Of a stretch of DNA of 64,000 bases, positions 63,731 through 64,000 are shown piece by piece. The stretch comes from Chitinophagaceae bacterium. GTDB lineage: Bacteria > Bacteroidota > Bacteroidia > Chitinophagales > Chitinophagaceae. The stretch's first letter is position 1, and every line of letters begins with the position of its first letter. The stretch covers positions 23,937 through 87,936 of the forward strand of contig JAIXOJ010000031.1 of assembly GCA_027486835.1 (NCBI GenBank), in the 5' to 3' direction. The notes under the pieces are model-generated. The model was not told the origin of the DNA, searched no databases, and saw nothing but the letters and a program-made list of their open reading frames with translations. A program made the translations under genes and the position numbers.

Positions 63731-64000
63731 ATATCAGCGAAGGCGAGGAATATATCAGCGAAGGCGAGGAATATGTCAGCGAAGGCGAAGAATATGTCAG
63801 CGAAGGCGAAGAATATGTCAGCGAAGGCGAAGAATATATCAGCGAAGGTGAGGAATATATCAGCGAAGGCGGGGAATATATCAGCGAAGGTGAAGGATAT
63901 ATCAGCGAAGGTGAGGAATGTATCAGCGAAGGTGAGGAATATATCAGCGAAGGTGAGGAATATATCAGCGAAGGTGAAGAATATATCAGTGAAGGTAAGG
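63731..64000. repeat. Tandem array of at least 13 copies of a 21-bp unit (atatcagcgaaggcgaggaat, with variants) running to the window edge
   Basis: Read directly from the sequence. It lies 240 bp downstream of the MITE-like copy. Confidence 0.9.

Overview
This window looks like Bacteroidota chromosome (Chitinophagaceae/Sphingobacteriia-like, GC about 42%). About 40% of it is four paralogous giant surface-protein genes (one 5'-partial, then 3952, 1775 and 1233 aa). Each has a signal peptide, Thr/Gly/Asn-rich beta repeats, a shared ~450-aa module and a type-A T9SS C-terminal sorting domain. Between them sit ordinary housekeeping genes (dnaB, hemD, lpxA, fused lpxC/fabZ, bshA, bcp, flotillin, a MarR–pirin–pirin–YceI stress cluster, an M1 peptidase, a heparinase II/III-like lyase) and accessory material. 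The accessory material includes a Septu-like ABC-ATPase + HNH nuclease pair, a RelE/ParE toxin–antitoxin pair, DUF4160/DUF2442 and PD-(D/E)xK genes, and an IS transposase remnant. Several features look novel:
- three paralogous mini-proteins (62–84 aa) built only from a signal peptide, a Gly/Pro linker and a conserved C-terminal 'P(F/I)DGG + TM helix + KK' sorting-signal-like motif, two of them immediately downstream of giant T9SS genes;
- three perfect tandem-repeat arrays with 21- or 41-bp units, two of which lie about 180 bp upstream of a 225-aa gene or its pseudogenised copy;
- a roughly 100-bp MITE-like element with terminal inverted repeats, in four copies;
- a second roughly 100-bp repeat whose internal hairpin is kept by compensatory substitutions;
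- a LytTR response regulator whose phospho-acceptor Asp is replaced by Asn.
No rRNA, tRNA or CRISPR was found.
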